A stretch of 64,000 nucleotides of DNA from an uncultured delta proteobacterium (GCA_963715335.1 CAVQRZ010000001.1:64001-128000); one strand, 5' to 3'; positions 20,212-30,210 are shown, counted from the stretch's first letter. Notes: generated from the letters alone by a model not told the origin. Made by a program: numbers and translations.

Positions 20212-20302
20212 TCCGATGCCACCTTACATAATATGTTGCGGTGCTTCTTGGTAACAAAAAGCAGGGCGGAAAGCAAGGAAAGAATCACTACCTGCTTTTT
20301 CC

Positions 20303-20331
20303 TTGACATAAACCGCGCTTTTCGTTACAAA
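20303..20331 (+). promoter_or_regulatory. tRNA promoter
   Basis: TTGACA-N17-TACAAA, ending 10 nt before the tRNA. Confidence 0.6.
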
Positions 20332-20341
20332 ACGTTCTTCC

Positions 20342-20417
<76 letters not shown>

Positions 20418-20425
20418 CTAGATAG

Positions 20426-20460
20426 AAGCCCCCACGATACCGACCGTGGGGGCTTTTTCT
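20426..20460 (+). terminator. Intrinsic terminator after tRNA-Phe
   Basis: AAGCCCCCACG...CGTGGGGGCTT TTT. Confidence 0.85.
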
Positions 20461-20615
20461 TTGCGCGGAAGCTTTCGCGTCACTCACAACTCTTCGGCAT
20501 AACCTTCGTTTTAACCACCGCTACCATGCCCCACGACAACCCATTCTTTTGACTACTTACCTGAACTGAGGTAGATTCTACCTTGACTGCGAGAGGTTAT
20601 GAACGGGGACACCGG

Positions 20616-21125
20616 ATGATATTAAAAACCTGTAAAGACCATAAACGCACCCCGTCCAAACGCAGAGACTCTTCATTGCCAACGATGGCAGCCAGGAGCA
20701 TTGCCATCGCCGTGGCAACCTCTGTTGTCTCCATGCTGGCAGCGCCCCCTGTCTGGGCGGTTCAGACCCATGGTGGGCCAGAGGGCCTGGTTTCCCATCA
20801 AATCGGCCATCTCCTGTTCACCTTCGGCATGGGATATCTGCTCTTCCGTCTTTCCTCGCTACACTCGAAAGGAGGCGGCTGGAGGACGTTTAAAACCTTT
20901 CTCTGGTTGCTTATCGCTTGGAATATAACGACCTTTTCAGGCCACTGGATGGATGAGTTTGTAGCAAAAGAAAAGTTCATTACGGCTCATGGCCTTACCC
21001 TGGCTTTCAAGATCGAAAATCTCCAGGACGCGCTTTATTATCTAACCAGACTCGACCATTTAATTCTGATCCCATCTTTTATTTTCTTACTGCTTACTTT
21101 AAGAAGATGGAGGATGGAGCAATGA
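20616..21125 (+). CDS. His-containing membrane protein; start uncertain
   Basis: Signal-like segment plus ~3 hydrophobic helices; QTHGGPEGLVSHQIGH, FSGHW, RLDH; stop overlaps the kinase start (ATGA). Confidence 0.8.
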   Translation: MILKTCKDHKRTPSKRRDSSLPTMAARSIAIAVATSVVSMLAAPPVWAVQTHGGPEGLVSHQIGHLLFTFGMGYLLFRLSSLHSKGGGWRTFKTFLWLLIAWNITTFSGHWMDEFVAKEKFITAHGLTLAFKIENLQDALYYLTRLDHLILIPSFIFLLLTLRRWRMEQ

Positions 21126-22972
21126 ATGCCCCATGGGGTCCTGTCGTCTTCATAGATATTTCTGGTTCAGTTCTGATGCTGGTTATTGCCTGTTGGTGTG
21201 CAGGGCTCGCCTGGCAGCTGACAAAAAAAAGACCTGACGATGCCTTCTTTAACTACCTCTTCCTCTTCACTCTGGCCATCGTTTTTTTTGCCGTGTCCCG
21301 TTCCTTTGGGCATCTGATAAAACAGATATTGCTGCTGAACGACATGGCGGGGATATGGCAGGAGATTTCGCCCTTTAGCGGAGCGGTTAACTCAGTAGCC
21401 TTCGTTGTGATCTTTGCCTTTGGCATCTCTTTCCATCGCTTTCAGAAAGTGCATACGCAAATTGAATATCACAAGAATAACCTGGAAGAGATGATAGCGA
21501 ACCGAACAGAAGAGCTCGAAAAATCCAGGAACACCCTCGAAAACATCTTGAATAACTCCAACCCCATGAATATTACAGGGGTGAATTTTGATCTATTGCA
21601 AGCCAACCAAGCCTATTATTCACTCTGGCCTAGAATTGAAGGTGGCACAGCGACAATCAAATGCTACGAGTCGCGGCATGGAGCGCATTGCGATACTGAT
21701 AATTGTCCTCTTAAGCTGATCATTGAGGGGCATGAAGAGGTCGCACAGGAAGTTTCAAAGAACGTCAATGGATTGATCAAGGACTTTATTGTTACGGCAA
21801 GGCCTTTTCGGGATGTTGATGGTCAATTGATCGGCATGGTCGAAAGCTTTCAGGATATAACCCTCCGCAAACAAGCCGAAAAAGCAATGCGTGAGAGCGA
21901 GGACCGCTTCCGCAAAACCTTCGAGTCAAACCCGGATCCTGTCATCCTTGCCAAATTGGCCGACGGTCGAATTATCGACACGAACAAGGCGTTCGAAGAT
22001 GCGACCGGAATTTCGCGGCTCGATGCCCTCAATCGTAATTCCAAAGAGCTCGACCTCTGGGCCGATCAGGACCAGCGGGAGCCTTTCAGGGAGATGTTGC
22101 AGAACCACGGTGAGGTCAACAATTACGAGGCCAGGTTTCGCGTCAAGGGCGGCCAGATCAAAACCGGCCTGGTTTCAGCCAGCGCCCTCAGTGTCAACGA
22201 TGAGCCGTGCATCCTGCTGGTCATCCGTGACATCACTTCTGAAAAAGCCGCAGAACAAGCCTTGATCGAGATGGATCGGATCAAGAGCGAGTTCATCTCG
22301 ACCGCAGCTCATGAGCTGAACACTCCGCTGAGTACGATGATGGGATACACAGAGCTCCTGCGCAACCCTGAGGAGTTCGGTCACTTCACAGATGAGCAGA
22401 AGCATGATTTCATCAGTGAGATCTACGACAAGGGCGAGGCCCTGAGCCGCATCGTAGCAGACCTTCTGGATATCGGTCGCATAGAGAGAGGCGATCCGAT
22501 CCCACTGGTTTTGCAAGAGATTGATTTAACGGAAGTACTCAGAAAAAAAGTTAAATCTTTCATGACGCAAAACCCGAGCCACATTTTCCAGCTTGAGCTC
22601 CCCAACAAAGCCATAAAGCCCGTGATTATGATAGACCGTCATCGCATTAACCAGGCCCTCGAAAATCTTTTGACTAATGCGGTGAAGTATTCTCCCGAGG
22701 GGAAGGCGATCATTATCAAGGGCAGAGAGCGAGAAGAAGGCTGGGAGGTCAGGATCGAAGATCAGGGGGTCGGCATGAATGCCGAACAGATCAGTCGGAT
22801 TTTTGATAAGTTCTACCGGGCGGATGCATCGAACACAGCGATCAGCGGACTGGGCCTGGGGATGAGCATCGTCAAACAGGTCATCGAGGCCCATAGCGGA
22901 AGCATTCAGATCGAGAGTGTCAAAGGGCAAGGAACGACCGTTATATTCAACCTGCCGTACGCTGTGGGTTGA
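21122..22972 (+). CDS. Membrane PAS-PAS sensor histidine kinase
   Basis: 3 TM segments, two PAS domains, H-box FISTAAHELNTPL, NLLTNAVKYS, DQGVG, GLGLG. Confidence 0.94.
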   Translation: MNAPWGPVVFIDISGSVLMLVIACWCAGLAWQLTKKRPDDAFFNYLFLFTLAIVFFAVSRSFGHLIKQILLLNDMAGIWQEISPFSGAVNSVAFVVIFAFGISFHRFQKVHTQIEYHKNNLEEMIANRTEELEKSRNTLENILNNSNPMNITGVNFDLLQANQAYYSLWPRIEGGTATIKCYESRHGAHCDTDNCPLKLIIEGHEEVAQEVSKNVNGLIKDFIVTARPFRDVDGQLIGMVESFQDITLRKQAEKAMRESEDRFRKTFESNPDPVILAKLADGRIIDTNKAFEDATGISRLDALNRNSKELDLWADQDQREPFREMLQNHGEVNNYEARFRVKGGQIKTGLVSASALSVNDEPCILLVIRDITSEKAAEQALIEMDRIKSEFISTAAHELNTPLSTMMGYTELLRNPEEFGHFTDEQKHDFISEIYDKGEALSRIVADLLDIGRIERGDPIPLVLQEIDLTEVLRKKVKSFMTQNPSHIFQLELPNKAIKPVIMIDRHRINQALENLLTNAVKYSPEGKAIIIKGREREEGWEVRIEDQGVGMNAEQISRIFDKFYRADASNTAISGLGLGMSIVKQVIEAHSGSIQIESVKGQGTTVIFNLPYAVG

Positions 22973-23012
22973 GCGATTTTCTATCACCAGTAAAGGACAT
23001 AAATAACGAAAC

Positions 23013-23049
23013 CATCGCCCCTGACAGCAGTTTACTGTCAGGGGCGATC
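23013..23049. terminator. Hairpin between convergent kinase and nrfA
   Basis: ATCGCCCCTGACAG...CTGTCAGGGGCGAT. Confidence 0.75.
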
Positions 23050-23071
23050 TCACGAATTCCGCTGAGGATGC

Positions 23072-24574
23072 CTACTGATAGGACACCTTGAAGACCATTC
23101 CTTCTTCTGTTTTTGCGTCAAAAAGCCCTTTTTCTGTTGCCTGCTTCACCCAGCCTTTGCGTAGACCATTCAGGAATTGCATCTTCTCTTCAACCAGCTT
23201 TGCATATGGCATATCGATGATCGCCTGCGCCTTCTCTTTGCTGGAAAAATCCGGGACCATGTAATCACCTGCATTGTATTTGGCGAGGATCAACCGCAGC
23301 TTGATGCGGGCGTCCTGTGCTTTGTTGATAGCACTACCCAAGACCCGCAGGGTCTCCTCCGGAGCGTGGAAGAAAGAACCATGGGCCGCAATGGAAAAAT
23401 CCCAGCGCCACTGACCATGCCGGATATCCTGGAGGGCAAGTTTCATCTCTTCCTCACTGGCACCGAGTTCCCAGGCCTTGGCCGCTTCCAGGTGAGCCTG
23501 TGCCAGAACGCTCATAGCCATACGAGACAACTCATTCTTCCGGTCCAGTTTCCGCTGGACAATATCCTTAAATTCTTTTTCACTTTTGCTGTGACAGTTC
23601 AGACAAGTGTTTTCCATGTCTTCCAGGGGGCTGCGGACGTTGTGCGAGGAGTACTTGACTCCACCCTCGCGGACATAGGGCATGTGGCAATCGGCGCAGG
23701 CCACACCATTCTGACCATGTATCCCGGTGATGAACGTCTCATACCCTGGGTGCTGTGCCTTGAGCATCGGCGCTTTGCTGAGTTGGTGGGTCCAGTCGGC
23801 GAAACCTGCCTGGTCGTAATACGACTCCATTGCTTCCGCCGAAAACCCGTTATCCCAGGGCAGGGTGACCACGACAGCAGTTTTTTTCTCGTTATTGGCA
23901 TCTGTCCAGTCGGTCTTTTTGAAGTAATATTCTACATGGCACTGTGCACAGACCAGACTGCGCATTTCCTGATGGCTGGCATCGGCATATTTCAGACTGC
24001 CTTCGCTGTCGAGCGCCCGTTTCAAATAGTCTCTGGTTACAGTCAATTTCATGGTCTGGTTGTCATGGCAATCAGCGCAGCCGATTGGATTGACGATTTC
24101 GTTGCCGAGACGTGCCCACTTGCCCGTGAAATAATCGAGCTCCCCTTTTTGGTCGATAACTCTCGGCACATCCGGTGATTTGCATGTCCAGCAGGCGGTC
24201 GGCATTGGTCCGCTATTTTCATCCATCGGAGCGCCTGTCCGCAATGTGTTAATGTTATCTTCCAGAGCGTAGTAATGTCCCCTCGGCGCATTGTAATCCT
24301 TGGAAAAACCATAACCTGCCCACATGACGACCAGGGCAGGTTCTGTTTTCAAAACATCGGTGATCTTATCGCTCTTTCTCGTCTCTCGGTAGGAATCGTA
24401 CTCACGCGGAAAATTCTTCCCCCATTCAGCGCTCCGCGATTCAAATTTGGCAATCTTCGGGACGGCATTGATCGCTTCCTGTGCGGCCAGGTTCTCTTTG
24501 ATAGAGAGCCCCAGCAGGAAAAGGGGGATAATTACGACGACAGAAACAATTGTCAGAATGGTCGATTTTTTCAT
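23072..24574 (-). CDS. nrfA: Cytochrome c552 nitrite reductase (ammonia-forming)
   Basis: CWTCK (Lys-ligated heme) plus CADCH, CAQCH, CADCH, CLNCH; KAQHP; QWRWD..AAHG. Confidence 0.97.
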   Translation of the reverse strand: MKKSTILTIVSVVVIIPLFLLGLSIKENLAAQEAINAVPKIAKFESRSAEWGKNFPREYDSYRETRKSDKITDVLKTEPALVVMWAGYGFSKDYNAPRGHYYALEDNINTLRTGAPMDENSGPMPTACWTCKSPDVPRVIDQKGELDYFTGKWARLGNEIVNPIGCADCHDNQTMKLTVTRDYLKRALDSEGSLKYADASHQEMRSLVCAQCHVEYYFKKTDWTDANNEKKTAVVVTLPWDNGFSAEAMESYYDQAGFADWTHQLSKAPMLKAQHPGYETFITGIHGQNGVACADCHMPYVREGGVKYSSHNVRSPLEDMENTCLNCHSKSEKEFKDIVQRKLDRKNELSRMAMSVLAQAHLEAAKAWELGASEEEMKLALQDIRHGQWRWDFSIAAHGSFFHAPEETLRVLGSAINKAQDARIKLRLILAKYNAGDYMVPDFSSKEKAQAIIDMPYAKLVEEKMQFLNGLRKGWVKQATEKGLFDAKTEEGMVFKVSYQ

Positions 24575-24598
24575 CAGGTTTCTCCTTGGCGATGAAAT

Positions 24599-25117
24599 CT
24601 AAAGGCTCTTGACACCGAGATTGAAGTCCGCAGCAGTCAAGGCATTCAGCGTCCCGTGGGGTACGGTTCGATGACAGTCCCAACAATTACGGTCTTTTTC
24701 AGGGTTAGCGGTATAGAGGTCGTGGTTTGCCATCATTTGCGAGACCATCTCACTGTGGCATTTCACGCAGTTTGCCTGAATGCGAGCTGCGGCATTATCG
24801 GTAATCATCAGATTGTTGCCGTAATCGCCAAGCGTCATGGCCACCGAATGGTTGAACCCGTCACGTGCTTTGGCGAACCATTTATTGACAAATGAATCGC
24901 TCGGCAGATGGCAATCTGCACAACCCGCAAATTCGCGGTGGGAACTGTGTTGCCACGTCGCATAATGGGTATTCATTGCATGGCAATTGACGCAGACTTT
25001 CGGATCACTCGAGAGATACGAAATCATTCTGGACTGATTGACAACATAGGCAAACATGCCAACCGCTGCCAAGACAGAACAGAGGGCGATGACATTCATA
25101 AGGCTATTTTTTTTCAT
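24599..25117 (-). CDS. nrfH: Tetraheme quinol dehydrogenase, NapC/NirT family
   Basis: N-terminal TM; CVNCH, CADCH, CVKCH, CWDCH; directly upstream of nrfA. Confidence 0.96.
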   Translation of the reverse strand: MKKNSLMNVIALCSVLAAVGMFAYVVNQSRMISYLSSDPKVCVNCHAMNTHYATWQHSSHREFAGCADCHLPSDSFVNKWFAKARDGFNHSVAMTLGDYGNNLMITDNAAARIQANCVKCHSEMVSQMMANHDLYTANPEKDRNCWDCHRTVPHGTLNALTAADFNLGVKSL

Positions 25118-25486
25118 AGGAAACCCTCACAATCAGGAGACGGGACAGCTCTACGCTGCGCTAAAGTTGGCGCCTGGTAATGTGCGAAATATCATTAATA
25201 GATACTAACTGAAAGCATGCCGGAGTCAAGACTTATCCAAATATTTGTGTTTTGCTTGGCCGCTGGACATACAAGGCAGGGGGAACTTTGCGGCTTGGGG
25301 CAAAGTTTTTAGGGTATTTGGCGTCTACTGTTGAAAAATGAAATTTCTAGGCTCGGGGGGGTCAACTCCAAAATCGGCAGAGAGTATTGAATTTCAAAAG
25401 TCAGGATTTTGAGACTATTGTGAACTGCAACCTGCTATGAGATGAGGACTCTTTACCTCTTTGTGAAGCCTGCATAAAGCCTTTTT

Positions 25487-26089
25487 TTAGAGATACTTCC
25501 TTATCGCCTCCGCCAACTGCTCCGGGGTTTCCTCGTAGAGGAACCGGTAGCGGACCTTGCCCTGTTTGTCGTGGAGAAAGACAGTGGTGGTGTGATTGAT
25601 CGAGTACCAGTTGCTGGTTTGGCCCGGAATGATCATGTAATGAGCATGATAGGCTTTCACAACGTTGTCGATTTCCGCTTTGGTCCCGGACAGGCCGATG
25701 GCATTGACGCCGAAATATTCAACATATTCCTGCAATAGCTTGGGCTTGTCCCGCTCGGGATCGACGGAAATGAACACCGTTCGCACGTGCTCAACCTGCT
25801 CCTTGCTCAGCAGGTTGAATGCACGCTGAAGTTTGGCCAGGGTACTCGGACAGGCATCAGGGCAGGAGGTGTAACCGAAAAACAGCAGGACGATGTTCCC
25901 CCTGAGATCCCGTAGTTGGAAAGCTTCGCCGCTGGTCCCGGTGAGGGTGAAGTTGCCGCTCGGGTTGAAAAGCTGTGCGGGATCTGGCTCTGTCATTTTC
26001 GGGGGATCGGTAAAAAAAGATCCCACGATAACCAGCAAGCAGATGCCGATCCCGGTCAACGCCAATTTTATCAATAGGTTTCTTTTCAC
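25487..26089 (-). CDS. SCO1/SenC copper chaperone
   Basis: FFGYTSCPDACP, ISVDPERD, YSINH; probable GTG start at 26089. Confidence 0.93.
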   Translation of the reverse strand: MKRNLLIKLALTGIGICLLVIVGSFFTDPPKMTEPDPAQLFNPSGNFTLTGTSGEAFQLRDLRGNIVLLFFGYTSCPDACPSTLAKLQRAFNLLSKEQVEHVRTVFISVDPERDKPKLLQEYVEYFGVNAIGLSGTKAEIDNVVKAYHAHYMIIPGQTSNWYSINHTTTVFLHDKQGKVRYRFLYEETPEQLAEAIRKYL

Positions 26090-26118
26090 GCGTTGCCCTC
26101 CAGCGCGCCCATACCGAA

Positions 26119-26586
26119 TCAGTGGTGGGACATGGGGGGCATCGATCCCCATTTTTTGACGACGGCATCGACCGCTACCGTTGCCCTGTCGGAAAAGTTC
26201 AGCGAGAGCGCGACCGTCTCTCCTTCGACAATCGGCCTGACAAGGCCGATCAGCATGATGTGATAGCCTTTCGGAGCGAGGATCGCCTGCCCGTTGGCAG
26301 GAATACGGAGTTCGCTCACCTCCTTCATTTGCATGATTTCGCCGACCTGTTCCATGGTGTGGATTTGGACGGTCTCTGCGACGTCACAGTCCGCTGATTT
26401 CAGGACGGCATCGTCAGGTCCGGTATTGTGGATTGTCATAAAAGCGGCCGTGGTTGTTGCAGACGGGGGAATGCCGCGAATCCAGGCGTCCTGGACGGTG
26501 ATCCCCTGCGCCCCGGCGTTAGCAATAGACAACAGCAAAAAGACTGTTAAAAAGCACAGGTTTAGAGAGAGCAATTTCACCGGCAT
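26119..26586 (-). CDS. Periplasmic copper chaperone PCu(A)C
   Basis: Signal peptide; AWIR, IHTM...MQM...GYHIML; probable ATG 26586. Confidence 0.92.
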   Translation of the reverse strand: MPVKLLSLNLCFLTVFLLLSIANAGAQGITVQDAWIRGIPPSATTTAAFMTIHNTGPDDAVLKSADCDVAETVQIHTMEQVGEIMQMKEVSELRIPANGQAILAPKGYHIMLIGLVRPIVEGETVALSLNFSDRATVAVDAVVKKWGSMPPMSHH

Positions 26587-26990
26587 TTCCTTTCGAAGAA
26601 ATAAGGTTGCTGTCTGACGCTCAATAATCAAGGGTCAGGATTCTCCCCTTGGGGCAATCGAGGTTAAACAGAATACGCAGAACAAAACCATAGCCCTTTT
26701 CATATACTCTCTCCTTATCTTCATCGGGACAAGTCTTTTTGGCATGGGGCGGCAGGTTGACGACGCTTAACGCGGCTTGCTTGCACGCCAAATTCCACGG
26801 CAATTCATGTGGGATTATTCACAGGTATAGCAGGTCACTTACCACTGTCAATCGAGCTGCAAGTGGTTTCTCCAAACTCTGAGTGAAGGGCGAAGGCTTA
26901 GGGACTTCCTCCCCCTTTTGCGCCGATGTCTACGGATTTGTCTCAGCATAGAGGGGGCAAAATGGGGAGGATTACATAGGGCGCTTAATG

Positions 26991-27039
26991 TCAACATCTA
27001 TAAAACACGAAAGCTTTCAGTCTTCGGATCGGGGGCTTT
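26991..27039. repeat. Left copy of a 49-bp imperfect inverted repeat (partner 28846-28894)
   Basis: Reverse complement matches 28846-28894 at 40/49 positions by hand alignment. Confidence 0.75.
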
Positions 27040-27342
27040 GCTTACATTACAGGATCGGCAAGAATGACGTTCTACTTCCATTCGGCATACCTCAACACAA
27101 TCCAGCAGAATTTATAAAAAAGGGCTTTTTTGACTCTACTGATGAAATTATCGCATTTTAGGCTTCGTTGAAATTCAACGATCGATGTTGACAATGTAGC
27201 TTAGAAGTTCTTAGGTAATTCGAGAATGAGTTGCAGCAATAATTATAATGAAGGCCCATCCCAAGTAATTGAGAAGGGCTATTTTTCACTAGAAATAGTG
27301 ACTTATAGAAATGTGGATTTTCTACAGCCTCACCACTAAGTT

Positions 27343-28317
27343 CTAGCTGCGGACCATTTTGTTGGCCCCTTCTCCAACCGGGATAAGAAAAATTGTAGGT
27401 CCGTCGCCGAGGCAGGCGTCGTCTGCCTGCTGGAGCTTGTTCACCTTGATCAGAGACCTTAGTGAATCCACATAAACCTGCCCTCGCTCGGAATACTTTG
27501 TCAACGTGCTCGCAAGATCCAATCCGGTCACCTTGGCACTGGCTTTGCGTAGCGCAGCCCGTCGTTCACGTAGCTTCTCGTATGCTTGATGGGTGTTAAG
27601 ATTGTGCATATAGGCTATAACTGATTGCAATGGCGTTTCGTAGACAGCTATCTTGTAGTTACCCAGCTCGGAGCGCTGTTTCAAGGGCTTAACACCATTG
27701 CCACCCCACGTCCACATGCCGAACAGCGCATTGTGCTCGATGGCAAACCGGGAGGTTCCCCAACCGCTTTCTTCGGCGGCTTGTGCGAGCACAAGGGATG
27801 GTGGCACGGTATCGATACGACGCAGCAGTTTATCCTGAAGTGAGTGATCAGCAAGAGTGTTATTGCCGATGGATACCTTGTATTCCTCAGCTATCTTATA
27901 CAGAAAGGTTTGGTCTTCTTCACTTACAGTTGCACCCGCGCGCAGCTCTTCGATAATAGACGAGACCCGATCCCGATTAGCCTGAATAAGCTCGTTAGAG
28001 TACAGGGCCAGGGGACCAAAGAATTGGAAGAAAACTTGCTTTTTGGTCACGACATCCAGCTCTTTGGAGCTATTGTCGCGCCAGTACGGAGGGATGTCGG
28101 TGAGGTACAGTCTAGGCACCTCTCGGTTGCCAGCCTGCCAATCCTCCGGTTTGTAGTTGAGGTCATTGAAGAGTTGCTCAAGCTGCGAGCTAGAACTAAA
28201 CTCGAAGTGCTCGACCCGTCGGTCAGACTGCACTAAGTTCTTGCAAGAAACAAGGCCCCCGAGAAGGCCGGCCATTGCGATTATTGGCAACATCAATCGC
28301 ACTGTTGCTACCATCAT
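27343..28317 (-). CDS. Glucosaminidase (GH73/Bax-like) domain protein, probable lipoprotein
   Basis: LAQAAEESGWGTSRFA..NALFG, NLNTH.AY, YSERG..Y; LVSC lipobox-like motif. Confidence 0.88.
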   Translation of the reverse strand: MMVATVRLMLPIIAMAGLLGGLVSCKNLVQSDRRVEHFEFSSSSQLEQLFNDLNYKPEDWQAGNREVPRLYLTDIPPYWRDNSSKELDVVTKKQVFFQFFGPLALYSNELIQANRDRVSSIIEELRAGATVSEEDQTFLYKIAEEYKVSIGNNTLADHSLQDKLLRRIDTVPPSLVLAQAAEESGWGTSRFAIEHNALFGMWTWGGNGVKPLKQRSELGNYKIAVYETPLQSVIAYMHNLNTHQAYEKLRERRAALRKASAKVTGLDLASTLTKYSERGQVYVDSLRSLIKVNKLQQADDACLGDGPTIFLIPVGEGANKMVRS

Positions 28318-28845
28318 AAGTTGATCTTTCCAGTGCTTAGCTTACTTTCTCGTTATTTGTCATCCGACAATATTTCCCCCTGTAACACAAAAAAACTCCA
28401 CAGTCTGAAAGGCCTATGGGGAGAAGATTCTAGTTATCAGGAGTTTTTATTTGAAATGGCTTACTTCAAAAAAATAGGGGTCTTAAACGATTAAGACCCC
28501 GGAGGCAATTTATTTTTCTCAAGACGTTTTAAGATTTCGAGCGTCTTGTTTGGTTGCACTCTAAAGGATAGGGCGTGATAGAAATGTGTAAAAAATGTGA
28601 AATAAACGTGAAAATCTGGATTTTTAGTTTTTCTGACTAATCAAAAAATGCCACCTGTTACCAAGCGGCCATGTTCGTTTGATTAAAAAATCACTAAAGA
28701 GAAATCATTGTCGTGACTGTTGATATTCATTTGGGAAGACAATAACAGGGAAGGAATGCAATTCAACCTTGTTCAATTTCTTGGATACAGAAGTGCAGGT
28801 GGAGAGATTAACACATGACCTTTACTATATGTTATGCAATGGAAG

Positions 28846-28894
28846 AAAGCCCCCGATGCAAAGATTGAGGACCTTCGCGTTTTATAAATGTTGA
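28846..28894. repeat. Right copy of the 49-bp imperfect inverted repeat
   Basis: AAAGCCCCCGATGCAAAGATTGAGGACCTTCGCGTTTTATAAATGTTGA. Confidence 0.75.
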
Positions 28895-28958
28895 TTTGCA
28901 GGAGCTTTACTTGGGCTTGGTTCCAGACGCTGGCAATCAGGCCTGTGCAATTTACGCC

Positions 28959-29906
28959 CTAAGCATCGAAAAGATCTCCGGCCATGTATTTCAGCCCAGT
29001 GTCGCAGGCAACAGTAACGACGGACTTGTTTGGGCCGAGTTCGCTTGCAAGATTCACGGCAGCAACAACATTCAATCCCGTAGAAGTTCCTACGAGCAGA
29101 CCTTCCTCCTTAGCAAGTCGCCGACACATCTCACGCGCCTCAGCTTCATCGATTCCACGCGCTTCGTCATAAAGAGTTCTATCAAGTAAAGGTGGCAAAA
29201 AACCTACCCCGAGCCCCTCCACATGGTGCTCCCCAGCCCGACCCTCGGAAAGAACTGGTGAAGAGGCTGGTTCGAGTGCCACAATATGGATTTTGGGATT
29301 GGCACGTTTGAGTACCCTGGCGACACCCATAAGCATGCCGCCAATACCAACACCACCGCAGAACGCATCAATCCCCTGAGGAAATTGCTTTAGGAGTTCC
29401 TCACCAATTTTCTCATAGCCGATTAGCGAATCTTTATTGTTGAACTGATCAGTCATGAAGCTGTCGTCATGTGTTCCCAGCTCCTTAGCACGCGCTATGA
29501 GCATAGGAATCAGATCAGAAGTAATCTTACCGCTGGGGCTATTAATTATATCCAGCTGAGCACCTAGAGCACTCATTGTCTTGAGCTTCTCTGGCGCGAA
29601 TGCATCCGAAGAAACAACGTGGAACTTGTAACCCTTTACGGCACAGACAAATGCAAGAGATGAGCCGGTACTTCCACCAGTGTATTCTACGACGGTCATC
29701 CCTGATTTCAGAGTCCCTCGTATTTCCGCTTGCTCAATCATGGCAAGGGCCATTCGGTCCTTGTACGATCCGGTTGGATTGAAGTACTCCAACTTTACAA
29801 ATACGGCTGCATGCTTTGATGGCACGATGCGTTGCAGCTGAACTACGGGCGTATTGCCAATGGCATCCAGTGCTGACTTAACGGTGGCAGGAGTTGAGAG
29901 AATCAT
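28959..29906 (-). CDS. PLP-dependent cysteine-synthase-family protein (atypical)
   Basis: IGNTP, KLEYFNPTGSYKDR, EYTGGSTG, H.VEGLG, EEGLLVGTSTG, DTGLKY. Confidence 0.9.
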   Translation of the reverse strand: MILSTPATVKSALDAIGNTPVVQLQRIVPSKHAAVFVKLEYFNPTGSYKDRMALAMIEQAEIRGTLKSGMTVVEYTGGSTGSSLAFVCAVKGYKFHVVSSDAFAPEKLKTMSALGAQLDIINSPSGKITSDLIPMLIARAKELGTHDDSFMTDQFNNKDSLIGYEKIGEELLKQFPQGIDAFCGGVGIGGMLMGVARVLKRANPKIHIVALEPASSPVLSEGRAGEHHVEGLGVGFLPPLLDRTLYDEARGIDEAEAREMCRRLAKEEGLLVGTSTGLNVVAAVNLASELGPNKSVVTVACDTGLKYMAGDLFDA

Positions 29907-30123
29907 TGTGGGCCTCCATGAATTGCTTCTGAGGACGTGTGCGATTTGAGGTTTTGCAGGTGGTCAAAGTATGGATCTTGGAAACAAGGACACCTGGAAA
30001 TTCTTAAATTATAAGCGATCATGAGTCTATGTAAAAAGAGTGAGGGTCTAATTTATCATCCTACATTGTTTTGAAGTGCCCGATTGGCAAAAATCTGAAA
30101 TTCGCGCCGATTCTGGCTTACAA

Positions 30124-30210
30124 GAAAAAGCCCCACAGCCTGGAGGGGACTGTGGGGCAACTGGTTCTATGGGGTTTTTGGAGGTAGAACACGAAGAAGT
30201 ATGTTCTGGT
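30124..30210 (-). ncRNA. Candidate ~85-nt small RNA
   Basis: Promoter TTGACA-N16-TAATCT (30215-30242), 5' hairpin, ACCUCC motif, strong terminator with U-tract; no ORF on this strand. Confidence 0.55.

Noticed and set aside
25325..25435. IS/MITE remnant beginning CTGTTGAAAAA
   Set aside because: Only one short end-like motif, with no convincing opposite inverted repeat.
26621..26803. 60-aa ORF upstream of the PCu(A)C gene
   Set aside because: Weak start and no recognisable motif; cannot be supported.
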